Under the pieces are notes generated by a model. The model was not told the origin of the DNA. It saw only the letters and a program-made list of their open reading frames with translations, and did not search any database. From contig JAGGTG010000211.1 in NCBI GenBank assembly GCA_021163905.1, positions 1 to 24,164 on the forward strand: a stretch of 24,164 nucleotides of DNA, in the 5' to 3' direction. Source of the stretch: Candidatus Aerophobota bacterium. Lineage in GTDB: Bacteria; Aerophobota; Aerophobia; Aerophobales; B3-G15. How positions within the stretch are numbered: the stretch's first letter is position 1; each line of letters starts with the position of its first letter. The position numbers were made by a program, and so were the translations under genes. Positions 8,765 to 18,421 of this stretch are shown here, piece after piece.

Positions 8765-8772
8765 TTCAATTT

Positions 8773-10077
8773 TTAATTTTTAACAAGCTTAAAAAGCTTA
8801 TTCCTAAATCCAGGGAAGGATATATCTATACATTGAGCATTATCTATTCTGGTTATTCCTCTTGCACATATACCGGCTATTGCAAGAGCCATAGCTATAC
8901 GATGATCTCCCCAACTTTTAACCTGTGCTCCTTTTAACATACCTTCTCCCTGAATAAGCATACCATCCTTTTTTTCCTCTATCCTTGCTCCCATTTTACC
9001 AAGTTCATTAACAAGAGCCTTTATCCGATCGGTTTCCTTAACCCTTAGCTCCATCGCGCCTTCAATTAAAGTTTTCCCTCTGGCAAAACAGGCTACCACT
9101 GCTAAAATTGGAATCTCATCGATAATTTGTGGTATTAAATTTTCAGATATTCTAATCCCCTTTAAATCACCTGTCCCCCTCACCTCAACCTCAGCCACTT
9201 CCTCTTCGCAAATCACTTTACGATCATGTATCTTCACATCAGCTCCCATATCTTCTAAGACTTTTAAAAACAAACTCCTGGTTGGATTAATCCCCACCTT
9301 CTTTAATACTACACACGATCCTTTAAGTATTGCAGCAGCTCCAGCAAAAAAAGCTCCGGAAGATATATCACCGGGTATAAAAAGGTCCCTTGCCTGAAGC
9401 TCCTGTCCTCCTGAGATCTCTATTTCCAGATCTTTTTTATCTAATTTTACTCCCATGTACCTCAACATTCTCTCCGTATGATCCCTTGATAAAAAAGGTT
9501 CCCTTATCCTGGTCTTTCCCCTGGCATAAAGCCCGGCTAAAATAAGACAGGATTTAACCTGGGCAGAAGCTACAGGCAGGGTATAATTTATTCCCCTTAA
9601 ATTACCTCCCCTGATACTTAGAGGAGGAAAAAAACCTTCTCTTGCCAAAATTTCTGCACCCATCATACTTAAAGGATCAATTATTCTTCGCATAGGTCTT
9701 TTTCTTAAAGAGGAATCTCCGGTTAAAACTGAATAAAATCTCTGAGCCGCCAAAACTCCTGAAAGTATTCTCATTGTAGTACCAGAATTTTTGCAATTCA
9801 GGACATCCTCCGGCTCCTTTAAGCCATCCATTCCTGCCCCATCAACGATTAATTTATTATTTTCCTCTTTGATCTTAACTCCAAGTTTTCTCATGCATCC
9901 TATGGTAGCAAGACAATCTTTTCCTTTCTGAATCCCCCTGATAGATGATCTTCCTTTGGCAATTGAGGATAAAATAATAGCCCTATGGGAAATAGATTTA
10001 TCCCCAGGAAGATCTACCTCGCCTTCTACGTATCTGCAACTTTCTATATAAAGAACATCATCATCGCTGGTTCTCAT
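8773..10077 (-). CDS. aroA: 3-phosphoshikimate 1-carboxyvinyltransferase (EPSP synthase, class II-like)
   Basis: LPGDKSISHRA, NSGTTMR, ASAQVKS, RDHTERML, ELRVKETDRI, DHRIAM. Confidence 0.97.
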   Translation of the reverse strand: MRTSDDDVLYIESCRYVEGEVDLPGDKSISHRAIILSSIAKGRSSIRGIQKGKDCLATIGCMRKLGVKIKEENNKLIVDGAGMDGLKEPEDVLNCKNSGTTMRILSGVLAAQRFYSVLTGDSSLRKRPMRRIIDPLSMMGAEILAREGFFPPLSIRGGNLRGINYTLPVASAQVKSCLILAGLYARGKTRIREPFLSRDHTERMLRYMGVKLDKKDLEIEISGGQELQARDLFIPGDISSGAFFAGAAAILKGSCVVLKKVGINPTRSLFLKVLEDMGADVKIHDRKVICEEEVAEVEVRGTGDLKGIRISENLIPQIIDEIPILAVVACFARGKTLIEGAMELRVKETDRIKALVNELGKMGARIEEKKDGMLIQGEGMLKGAQVKSWGDHRIAMALAIAGICARGITRIDNAQCIDISFPGFRNKLFKLVKN

Positions 10078-10163
10078 TTTCTTTCTTCCTCAGACTTATA
10101 ATCAACCGAAATTAATATCTTTACAATAAATTTCCTGAGGGGCTTCTGCTTTTTAGCGAGCAG

Positions 10164-10260
10164 ATTGGTTGTTGGTTATTGGTTCCTGGTTTTTGGTTAC
10201 CGATTGCTAAGAATCACAAACCAAGAACTAAAAACCAGGAACCAACCTCGAACACAGAAC
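10164..10260. repeat. Inverted pair of 7-bp tandem arrays forming a long hairpin
   Basis: Five nnTGGTT units at 10164-10198 face AACCAnn-type units at 10212-10246, with degenerate units to 10260. 10179-10198 pairs with 10226-10245 at 19/20 Watson-Crick. Confidence 0.8.
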
Positions 10261-10278
10261 TTTGAGTGCTGTCCTTTC

Positions 10279-11292
10279 TCAAACATCCCTTCCCATGGCC
10301 ACAGCTACTTTTCTTACCTCATCTACCAGTTGATAAAAACTATCCGTACGAATAGATTGAAACCCATCGGAAAGAGCCTGCTCGGGTTTTGGATGAACTT
10401 CTACTAAAAGACCATCAGCGCCTGCGGCCACTGCTGCTCTGGAGAGGGGGATTACAAGTTCTCTTTTTCCCGTTCCATGGCTTGGATCTACTATCACAGG
10501 AAGATGGGATAAATTTTTAATAAGCGCCACAGAGGATAAATCTAAGGTAAAGCGGGTGGATTCCTCAAATGTTCTTATCCCTCTCTCGCAGAGAATAACA
10601 TTGGGGTTCCCCCCTGAAAGAATATACTCAGCTGACATCAGAAACTCCTTCACCGTAGCAGCCATTCCTCTTTTTAAAAGAACAGGCTTTTCCCCTTTTC
10701 CAACCTCCCTTAAAAGATCGAAATTCTGCATATTTCTGGCACCAATTTGAATAATATCTGCATAACGAGAGACAAGCTCTACCTGTCTTACATCCATGGC
10801 TTCAGTAACAACCGGAAGTCCGGTAATCTCGGATGCCTCGGCAAGATACCTCAAGCCTTCCTCGCCTAATCCCTGAAAGGAATAAGGAGAAGTGCGGGGT
10901 TTAAATGCCCCACCTCTTAAAATAGAAGCTCCTGCCTTTTTAACCGAGATTGCCGTTTCTAAAAGGATATCCCTGTTTTCCACTGCACAGGGACCTGCCA
11001 TAAGAATAATCTTTTTTTCACCTATCACAACATCTTTAACCTTTACCAGGGTATCGATTGGTTTAAATTCTTTGCTGACAAGCTTGTATGGTTTAGAAAC
11101 AGGAGTAACTGACTCAACAATAAACATCGCCTCAAAAATATGTTTTGTCCTTATAACATTTTCTCCAATTACACCTATTATTGTCCTCTCCTTTCCCCTT
11201 GAGATATGAGGAGTAAAACCCAGCTCCTTAATCTTATCCACTACATGTTGTATTCCTTTTTCCGTTGTTCCAGGTTTTAAAGTTATAACCAT
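10279..11292 (-). CDS. aroF: DAHP synthase type I-beta with N-terminal regulatory domain
   Basis: AGPCAVE, RGGAFKPRTSPYSFQG, QIGARNMQNF, LCERGIR, DPSHGTG, EVHP..ALSDG. N-terminal ~70 aa resembles the Thermotoga-type ferredoxin-like regulatory domain. Confidence 0.95.
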   Translation of the reverse strand: MVITLKPGTTEKGIQHVVDKIKELGFTPHISRGKERTIIGVIGENVIRTKHIFEAMFIVESVTPVSKPYKLVSKEFKPIDTLVKVKDVVIGEKKIILMAGPCAVENRDILLETAISVKKAGASILRGGAFKPRTSPYSFQGLGEEGLRYLAEASEITGLPVVTEAMDVRQVELVSRYADIIQIGARNMQNFDLLREVGKGEKPVLLKRGMAATVKEFLMSAEYILSGGNPNVILCERGIRTFEESTRFTLDLSSVALIKNLSHLPVIVDPSHGTGKRELVIPLSRAAVAAGADGLLVEVHPKPEQALSDGFQSIRTDSFYQLVDEVRKVAVAMGRDV

Positions 11293-11301
11293 CTTTTCCC
11301 C

Positions 11302-12366
11302 TCAATCTCCCCTGGGATATGACCCAAGGATTTTTAAAAAGAAGCACTGCTCCTCAAGTTCAGATAAAGCTTTTTTAACAGGATCATCATCTTTGTGTCC
11401 TAAAAAATCTACAAAGAAAACATATTCCCATGCTTTTTTCTTTGTAGGACGGGACTCTATCTTTGTCAAATTAATCCCATGGATCCGAAAAGGAGCAAGC
11501 ATATCGTATAGAGCGCCCACCCTATCCTTTATAGAAAATAAAATAGATGTTTTATCCTGTCCGCTTTTTTCAACATAGTCTCTGCCAATTACTAAAAAAC
11601 GGGTATAATTATGGGAAAAATCTTCTATATGAGACTCAAGAATGTTAAGACCGTAAAGACCTGCTGCCACTTCAGAGGCAATAGCACCAGCTTTTTCATC
11701 CTCAGAGGCAAGTTGAGCTGCTCTCGCCGTACTTTCAACTTCGCAGATCTCAACTGATGGCATATTTTCCTCAAGCCAATTTCTGCACTGAGCTATAGCC
11801 TGAGGATGAGAATAAATCTTTTCAATTTCCCCCAGTTTACCTTTTCCCAAAAGATGATGTGCTATCTCAAGAATCACCTCGGCACATATCTTTAAATCCG
11901 AATCCAGGAACATATCAAGCGTATGGGAAACCATTCCCTCAGTTGAATTTTCCACCGGAACAACACCATAATCGGCTTTTTTCTTTTCAACCATAGCAAA
12001 TATCTGGGATATATTCTTTGCCGGTATAAGTTCTGCACTCTGGCCAAAATTCCTTATAGCAGCAAGGTGAGTAAAAGTAGCAGGGGGGCCAAAGTAAACA
12101 ACCTTTAACTTTTTCTGAAGGGAAAGACAGGCCTGGATGATACTTCTTATAATCTGTTCAAGTTCCTCGTTGGGAATAGGTCCTTTATTTTGAGATAAGA
12201 GTCTGTCGATAATAATTCTTTCCCGTCCTGGAGAATAATAACTTTCTCCTTTTTTTCTTTTTATCCTGGCTATTTCTAAGGCCTTATTAGCCCGCTCGGT
12301 TAAAAGTTCCAGGATTTGCGAGTCTATCTTATCGATTTCCCCTCTCAACCTTTCTATATCCATCAT
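11302..12366 (-). CDS. pheA: Chorismate mutase / prephenate dehydratase (P-protein)
   Basis: LRGEIDKID (CM), PVENSTEG, SHPQAIAQC, NYTRF and C-terminal ACT domain with INLTKIESRP. Confidence 0.96.
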   Translation of the reverse strand: MMDIERLRGEIDKIDSQILELLTERANKALEIARIKRKKGESYYSPGRERIIIDRLLSQNKGPIPNEELEQIIRSIIQACLSLQKKLKVVYFGPPATFTHLAAIRNFGQSAELIPAKNISQIFAMVEKKKADYGVVPVENSTEGMVSHTLDMFLDSDLKICAEVILEIAHHLLGKGKLGEIEKIYSHPQAIAQCRNWLEENMPSVEICEVESTARAAQLASEDEKAGAIASEVAAGLYGLNILESHIEDFSHNYTRFLVIGRDYVEKSGQDKTSILFSIKDRVGALYDMLAPFRIHGINLTKIESRPTKKKAWEYVFFVDFLGHKDDDPVKKALSELEEQCFFLKILGSYPRGD

Positions 12367-12812
12367 CCCCCCTCCTTATTTTTTAAGAGACTTACCAGTG
12401 CCTCCAGAGCAAAAAGATACCCTCTGGGCCCAAGACCTGCTATCTGGCCTATACATACATCAGCTATAAAAGATCTATGGCGAAAATCTTCCCTTTTGTA
12501 TATATTGCTAAGATGAACCTCAACTGCTGGTAATCCAACGGCTAAAAGAGCATCCCTTATAGCGATGCTCGTATGGGTATAAGCTGCAGGATTAATCACC
12601 ACACCTTTAGCCCATTCCTTTGCTCTCTGGATCGCATCTACAATTTCTCCCTCATGATTGGATTGAACTATCTTTACTTTACAGTTAAGTTCCTTTGCCT
12701 TTTTATTTATGAGCTCATTGATCTCATCAAGGGAAACGGTACCATACCACCCGGATTCTCTTTTACCCAAAAGATTAAGATTAGGCCCATGAATAACTAA
12801 GATGTCTATCAT
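12363..12812 (-). CDS. aroQ: Type II 3-dehydroquinate dehydratase
   Basis: HGPNLNLLGKRE, QSNHEG, INPAAYTHTS, EVHLSN..RE.FR. Confidence 0.97.
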   Translation of the reverse strand: MIDILVIHGPNLNLLGKRESGWYGTVSLDEINELINKKAKELNCKVKIVQSNHEGEIVDAIQRAKEWAKGVVINPAAYTHTSIAIRDALLAVGLPAVEVHLSNIYKREDFRHRSFIADVCIGQIAGLGPRGYLFALEALVSLLKNKEGG

Positions 12813-14392
12813 ACTACCAACTCCTCAATTACCTGCTTAACCAAATTAACAGGTATATCATCTTTTAAAGAAACCCGGCCAATTTCCTCTGGTATGACAA
12901 ACAATACCTTTCCTTCTCTAACTTTCTTATCCTTCTTAAGTGCCTGGATGATCTGTTGAGTATCTAAATTTTTCCCCTTTAAAGGAAGTTTAGCCATTTT
13001 TAACAGCTTTTCCACTCTTGCAAAAGACTCCTGCGGAAAGATCCCCAATTTAACACCTAACTTAGATGCTCCAATAATACCAATGGCCACAGCATCCCCA
13101 TGGGTGTATCTTCTATATCCTGCTACAGTTTCAATGGCATGGGCTATTGTGTGGCCAAAGTTAAGAATCTGTCTTATCCCTATTTTTTCCTTTTCATCCT
13201 TTTCAACCACTCCTATTTTTATTCTCACCGCCCTAATTATCACAGACCTTAAAACAAAAAGGTTTTTATCAAGGATCCTTTGAATATTTTTCTCAAGATA
13301 AGAAAAAAAATCTCCATCCTTTATAATAGCACATTTAACAACCTCAGCTATTCCCTCCTTTAATCTCTTTAAAGAGAGGGTTCTTAAAACAACAGGATCT
13401 ATTAAAACAAATTTTGGCTGATAAAAGGCACCCACAAGATTTTTACCCTGGGGTAAATTTACCCCCACTTTTCCCCCAACTCCAGAGTCAACCTGAGAAA
13501 GAAGAGTTGTTGGGATCATTAAAAGATTAATTCCTCTAAGAAATGTAGCTGCAACAAATCCCGCCAGATCTCCAACCACTCCTCCTCCTAAGGCAAGAAT
13601 AGAGGATGATCTATCAAGTGAGCATTCCAGACAGAAACTGTAAATTTTTCTTACCCAGGTAAGGGATTTAGACCTCTCTCCGGGAGGAACCTGAAAAAAA
13701 AATGTCTTAAATCCACATTGTTCTAAGGAATATCTCACTCTTTCTCCATACAGAGGGAAAACATTTCTATCTGATATGATAAGAACCTTTTTCCCCAGTT
13801 TAAAATCTCTGGCAATTTTTCCAATATTATCAATTGTTAACCCAACAAAAACAGGATAACCATTTTTATCCAGTCTAACCTGTAATGTCTCTGCAGACAA
13901 AAGTTTTACCAGCTCTTCCACTACCCTGGAAATTGAAAGAGATGAGGTATCAATCATAATATCAGCTTGCCTGTAAAAAGGCTCCCTTTTTTTTAGAAGC
14001 TGCTGGATTCTCAGTTTTTTATTGGCAAAACCTCTTAAGAGAGGCCTTTCCTCGCCATCTCCTATTCTATCCAAAATAGTATCAGGATCTGCTTTTAAGC
14101 ATACGAGGTAACCGTTCTTTCTTAGAGCATCTGCATTTTCTTTTCTTAAAATCGCACCACCTCCCGTTGAAATGACGTATCCATTAAAACTGGAAACATC
14201 TCTAATTATCCGGGTTTCTAATTCCCGGAAATACTTTTCTCCTTTTTCTGCGAATATTTTTGAAATACTACAATTTTCCTTTTTCTCAATAATCCGATCT
14301 GTATCTATATATCTCATCCCAAGAGATCTGGCAAGATGTTTTCCTATAGCCGTTTTACCTGTTCCCATAAATCCTGTTAACACTATATTCAT
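12809..14392 (-). CDS. aroKB: Fused shikimate kinase / 3-dehydroquinate synthase
   Basis: N-terminal GFMGTGKT, FRELE, STGGG, RPLL. C-terminal GGGVVGDLAGF, PTTLLSQVDSGVGGK, LNFGHTIAHAIE, HGDAV. Junction near 13890. Confidence 0.95.
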   Translation of the reverse strand: MNIVLTGFMGTGKTAIGKHLARSLGMRYIDTDRIIEKKENCSISKIFAEKGEKYFRELETRIIRDVSSFNGYVISTGGGAILRKENADALRKNGYLVCLKADPDTILDRIGDGEERPLLRGFANKKLRIQQLLKKREPFYRQADIMIDTSSLSISRVVEELVKLLSAETLQVRLDKNGYPVFVGLTIDNIGKIARDFKLGKKVLIISDRNVFPLYGERVRYSLEQCGFKTFFFQVPPGERSKSLTWVRKIYSFCLECSLDRSSSILALGGGVVGDLAGFVAATFLRGINLLMIPTTLLSQVDSGVGGKVGVNLPQGKNLVGAFYQPKFVLIDPVVLRTLSLKRLKEGIAEVVKCAIIKDGDFFSYLEKNIQRILDKNLFVLRSVIIRAVRIKIGVVEKDEKEKIGIRQILNFGHTIAHAIETVAGYRRYTHGDAVAIGIIGASKLGVKLGIFPQESFARVEKLLKMAKLPLKGKNLDTQQIIQALKKDKKVREGKVLFVIPEEIGRVSLKDDIPVNLVKQVIEELVV

Positions 14393-14393
14393 C

Positions 14394-15563
14394 TCATCTT
14401 TCTCTCAGATAATTAAGGTAGGAGGAGTAATTTCTTTTCATTTCATCAAGAGAGTCTCCTCCAAATTTTTCCCTCATCGCTTTTGCAATTTCTATGGCAA
14501 CAACCGCCTCTCCTATTACAGAGGCTGCAGGAACAACACATACATCTGATCTTTCCTTTCCTGCTTTAACCTCTTTTTTGGTAACAATATCAACAGAACG
14601 CAAGGGCTTCCCAAGAGTTGAAATTGGCTTCATAGCGGCTCTTAAAATAAGAGGCTCTCCTGTACTCATTCCTCCTTCAATTCCTCCTGCCCTATTAGTC
14701 AATCTATAAAATCCTTTCTCTTTGCTGTAGGCTATCTCATCCTGAACTTTAGAACCCGGCTGGGAAGCTGCTTTAAAACCTATCCCTACTTCAACACCAA
14801 CTACTGCCTGAATACTCATTATGACAAATGCAAGACGAGCATCCAGCTTCAAATCCCACTGAATATAACTTCCCAATCCCGGTGGCAGACCCTTTACAAT
14901 AATCTCAAAAATACCCCCCAATGTATCACCGTTTTCTTTTGCCCTATCAATAATTTCAATCATCCTCTTCTCTATCAGTGGATCAGCACATCTAACGGGG
15001 GAATTTTCAATTATCTGGTAGTTAGTAACTGCGCTTTCCCAGCTACTTTCATCTTTCTCCTCTCCAATTTGAATTACCCTGCTAAAAATAGAAATATTAA
15101 ACTCCTCCAGCAGTCTTCTACAAACAGCGCCAACAGATACTCTTACGGCTGTCTCCCTGGCACTTGCTCTTTCAAGAACATTGCGTAAATCGTAAAAACC
15201 GTACTTTATCCCCCCTGTAAGATCTGCGTGACCTGGACGGGGTCTCGTAAAAGAGGAAAAACTTTCCTTTGCAGGTTCATCCACACTCATCACTTCTTTC
15301 CAGTTATCCCAGTCAAGGTTGTAAATAAGAAGGGTAATTGGACTTCCAATGGTTTCCCCCCGGCGAACTCCGGAGAGTATCTGAACTTTATCTTTTTCTA
15401 TTTGCATTCTCCCTCCTCTTCCATAACCCATTTGACGACGTTTAAGCTGCCTGTCAATATCCTCTCTTTTTAACCTAAGCCCGGAGGGAATCCCCTCCAG
15501 AATAGCTACCAATGCTTGACCGTGAGATTCTCCGGCTGTAAGATAACGAAGTTTTGTGCTCAT
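14394..15563 (-). CDS. aroC: Chorismate synthase
   Basis: [44 protein letters not shown]. Confidence 0.97.
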   Translation of the reverse strand: MSTKLRYLTAGESHGQALVAILEGIPSGLRLKREDIDRQLKRRQMGYGRGGRMQIEKDKVQILSGVRRGETIGSPITLLIYNLDWDNWKEVMSVDEPAKESFSSFTRPRPGHADLTGGIKYGFYDLRNVLERASARETAVRVSVGAVCRRLLEEFNISIFSRVIQIGEEKDESSWESAVTNYQIIENSPVRCADPLIEKRMIEIIDRAKENGDTLGGIFEIIVKGLPPGLGSYIQWDLKLDARLAFVIMSIQAVVGVEVGIGFKAASQPGSKVQDEIAYSKEKGFYRLTNRAGGIEGGMSTGEPLILRAAMKPISTLGKPLRSVDIVTKKEVKAGKERSDVCVVPAASVIGEAVVAIEIAKAMREKFGGDSLDEMKRNYSSYLNYLRER

Positions 15564-16420
15564 ATTTTTTTAAAATATCGCCCTATTATTTCCTTCATTT
15601 TATCAATGGGGGCTTTCCTGCCGGTCCATATCTCAAAGGCAAAACCAGCCTGGTAAACAAGCATATCCACCCCATTCTGGCATTTCATACCTTTTCCTCT
15701 TGCCTTTTTTAAAAGCTGTGTATCTTCATTATAAACAACATCATAAACATAGGTAGAGGAGGGGAAATTCTCCAGATCTACCGGTGAAGGATCATCTTTA
15801 TGCATTCCTAAGGAGGTAGCGTTAATTAATATATCTATATTTTCCTTTTCAGAGAAAAAGTTTCTTTTTTCAAACTCAATTAACTCCAGCTTTACTGTAG
15901 GAGGGGCAGATTTTTTTAGTTTATTAAAAAGATCTTCTGCCTTAGAGTATGTTCTATTGGTTAAAATTAACCTGTTTATACCTTCCTTAATGAGAGAAAA
16001 AGAAATAGATAAAGCTGCTCCTCCTGCTCCTATAAGAAAGATCTGTTTGTTTTGAAGGGAAATTTCCCTTCTCTTCAAAGACTCAATAAATCCTTTTCCA
16101 TCTGTGTTGTATCCAATTAATTTACCATTACTATTAAAAACTGTATTTACCGCTCCTATTGCCTTTGCCTCAGATGAGAGCTCATCAAGGTATTTAACAA
16201 TGCTTTCCTTATAAGGTATGGTTACATTAACTCCAGTTATGTTTAAAGCCCGAATAGCCATTGTTGCCTGTTCAAGATAAGAAGGTTCTATCGAAAAGGG
16301 AAGATAAACAAAATTTAATCCACACTCTCTAAAGGCAGCGTTTTGAATAAGGGGAGAAAGGGTATGACTGACAGGGTACCCAAAAAGACCAACTATCTTT
16401 GTATTCCCGCTTATCCTCAT
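15560..16420 (-). CDS. aroE: Shikimate dehydrogenase
   Basis: [42 protein letters not shown]. Confidence 0.95.
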   Translation of the reverse strand: MRISGNTKIVGLFGYPVSHTLSPLIQNAAFRECGLNFVYLPFSIEPSYLEQATMAIRALNITGVNVTIPYKESIVKYLDELSSEAKAIGAVNTVFNSNGKLIGYNTDGKGFIESLKRREISLQNKQIFLIGAGGAALSISFSLIKEGINRLILTNRTYSKAEDLFNKLKKSAPPTVKLELIEFEKRNFFSEKENIDILINATSLGMHKDDPSPVDLENFPSSTYVYDVVYNEDTQLLKKARGKGMKCQNGVDMLVYQAGFAFEIWTGRKAPIDKMKEIIGRYFKKI

Positions 16421-16447
16421 GCACCTTTCCTGAAAAACAGTAAAATT

Positions 16448-16475
16448 ATTTTAGTAAAATAGCTTCCAATGTCAA
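16448..16475 (-). promoter_or_regulatory. Sigma70-type promoter of the aro operon
   Basis: Minus strand TTGACA (16475-16470), 16 nt, TAAAAT (16453-16448). AGGAAAGG SD precedes the aroE ATG. Confidence 0.65.
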
Positions 16476-16506
16476 TTTAATAATTTCCAGTTCCAAGGAG
16501 AATTTA

Positions 16507-16534
16507 TTGATAACTAATTTAAATTTGATATACT
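16507..16534 (+). promoter_or_regulatory. Divergent sigma70-type promoter for the membrane-protein gene
   Basis: TTGATA (16507-16512), 16 nt, TATACT (16529-16534) with extended TG at 16526-16527. Confidence 0.5.
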
Positions 16535-16552
16535 AAAGTTAAGGGGAAGCTT

Positions 16553-16978
16553 ATGTTATGGAGAGTAATAGGCGCCGGAAGTCTTGTATGGGGAGGGATT
16601 GTTTTTTATATTTTATCCACCACACCTCTTCCCTCACACCCCAACATTAACATCCCTGCTTATCCAAATCTTGAATTTACCATATCCACTCTATCAGTGG
16701 TATGGCTTATATCCTCGTCTCTGGTAAAAATAGGTATGATCTTAAAAAAGAACTGGACGAGGGTAAGTATTATAAGCTGTCTTTGTTTTGTATTTTTACT
16801 CATAAATATGGGGATTATACAGGCAAACATTCAGAGTGATAAAATGGTCTCTCCCAATAATAATCCCTATCCTTATAACTTAATAGCAGCCTGGTTTGTA
16901 TCCTGGTTCTGGATTGATCTATTCCTGATAATGATATCCTTTATGAACTGGATGAGAAAAAAATGGAACCTGGTTTGA
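16553..16978 (+). CDS. Hypothetical membrane protein (about 4 TM segments)
   Basis: 141-aa ORF filling the gap between operons, AAGGGGA SD, four hydrophobic segments. No family recognised. Confidence 0.65.
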   Translation: MLWRVIGAGSLVWGGIVFYILSTTPLPSHPNINIPAYPNLEFTISTLSVVWLISSSLVKIGMILKKNWTRVSIISCLCFVFLLINMGIIQANIQSDKMVSPNNNPYPYNLIAAWFVSWFWIDLFLIMISFMNWMRKKWNLV

Positions 16979-17002
16979 TTTTTATCCACGAGCATATATA
17001 AT
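16975..17002 (+). promoter_or_regulatory. Candidate promoter of the argH-lysA/dapF-dapA operon
   Basis: TTGATT (16975-16980), 16 nt, TATAAT (16997-17002). A second TATAAT lies at 17002-17007. Confidence 0.5.
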
Positions 17003-17041
17003 ATAATTGGAAATCCCGGCTAATAAAAAGAGGGATAAAAA

Positions 17042-18421
17042 ATGAGCCTGTGGGCAGGAAGATTTAAAGAGGAAATGCACCCTCTTGTTAAAGAGTTCAC
17101 CTATTCTGCTGCCATAGATAAAAAACTCTACAAATTTGATATTGAGGGAAGTATAGCTCATGTGCAGATGCTGGCAAAATGTGGGATTATAGCAAATGAA
17201 GATTCGGAAAGATTGGTTAGTTCTTTAAAAAAAATACAGGAAGATATTGAAAAAGGAAAAATCGACTTCTCCGGTAAAGAAGATGTACATATGGCTATAG
17301 AAGAGGAGCTTATAAAAAGAGAGGGAAAAATAGGAGAAAAAATTCACACCGCCCGCTCCCGAAATGATCAGGTAGCACTGGATGAAAAGTTGTACATTAG
17401 AGAAGAAATCAACAAGATTCTATCTCTTATTGATGATTTTCAAAAGGTTCTTATAAAAATCTCTGAGGCCAATAAAGATGTAGTTCTTCCCGGATACACC
17501 CATCTTCAATATGCCCAGCCTATATCAGTTGCCCAGTACCTTTTAGCCTACTTCTGGATGCTCCAAAGAGATAAAGAGCGCCTGAAAGACTGCTATAAAA
17601 GGGTTAATATTTGTCCTCTGGGAGTAGCCGCCATAGCTGGCACTTCTCTCCCAATTGACAGAGAATACACGGCAAAACTACTTGACTTTTCAGGGATAAC
17701 TGAAAATAGTGTGGATACAGTAAGTGACAGAGATTACATAATTGAGTTTTTAAACTTTGCCAGTATAATGATGATGCATCTATCTCGACTTTCAGAGGAT
17801 ATTGTTCTGTGGTCTTCTCCCTGTTTTAATTTTATAGAAATAAGGGATTCCTTTGCCACTGGATCAAGTATTATGCCTCAAAAGAAAAATCCTGATGTAG
17901 CTGAGCTTGTAAGGGGAAAAACTGGAAAGGTATACGGAGCCCTTATATCCTTGCTGGTAACCATGAAAGGTTTACCTTTATCCTATAACAGAGATATGCA
18001 GGAGGATAAACTACCTCTTTTCCAGAGTGTGGAGGAGATTAAAATCTGTCTAAGGGTCCTTACTAAATTACTGGAAAATATAAAAATTAATGCAGAAAAA
18101 ATGAGGAAAGAGGCTGAAAAAGGGTTTTTTGCAGCCACAGATCTCGTTGAATATCTGGTGAAAAAAGGGGTAACATTTCGCAGTGCCCACCGCACAGTTG
18201 GACAGATAGTTAGTTACTGTATAGAAAAAGGCAAAACTTTTTCCAATCTTACCCTCCAGGAATACAGAAACTTTTCCCCTTTTTTTGAACCGGATATAAG
18301 AAAAAAAATAAATCTTGACTTTTGTGTTAAAAATAAAGAGTCAAAAGGAGGAACAGGAACTAAAAGCCTTGAATATCAGATAAAACTTGCTAAAAAATAC
18401 TTAGAGACGCAAAATGAATAG
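17042..18421 (+). CDS. argH: Argininosuccinate lyase
   Basis: LWAGRF, EDVH, HTARSRNDQ, PGYTHLQ.AQP, signature GSSIMPQKKNPD, YNRDMQEDK. Confidence 0.97.
   Translation: MSLWAGRFKEEMHPLVKEFTYSAAIDKKLYKFDIEGSIAHVQMLAKCGIIANEDSERLVSSLKKIQEDIEKGKIDFSGKEDVHMAIEEELIKREGKIGEKIHTARSRNDQVALDEKLYIREEINKILSLIDDFQKVLIKISEANKDVVLPGYTHLQYAQPISVAQYLLAYFWMLQRDKERLKDCYKRVNICPLGVAAIAGTSLPIDREYTAKLLDFSGITENSVDTVSDRDYIIEFLNFASIMMMHLSRLSEDIVLWSSPCFNFIEIRDSFATGSSIMPQKKNPDVAELVRGKTGKVYGALISLLVTMKGLPLSYNRDMQEDKLPLFQSVEEIKICLRVLTKLLENIKINAEKMRKEAEKGFFAATDLVEYLVKKGVTFRSAHRTVGQIVSYCIEKGKTFSNLTLQEYRNFSPFFEPDIRKKINLDFCVKNKESKGGTGTKSLEYQIKLAKKYLETQNE

Noticed and set aside
10095-10126. Internal aroA promoter (minus TTGTAA...TATAAG)
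   Set aside because: The spacer is 20 nt, and no good hexamer lies at 16-18 nt.
10165-10407. 80-aa plus-strand ORF
   Set aside because: It is the translation of the heptamer arrays plus antisense aroF, with no SD or family features.
14172-14549. 125-aa ORF and the other short ORFs nested in or antisense to long genes (e.g. 3173, 4013, 4401, 7606, 7724, 8362, 10556, 10892, 12573, 17983, 21473, 22923)
   Set aside because: They are shadow frames of well-supported genes with no motifs or initiation signals.
16979-17041. ArgR ARG boxes upstream of argH
   Set aside because: The region is only AT-rich, with no TGAATAA..TCA-type palindrome pair.
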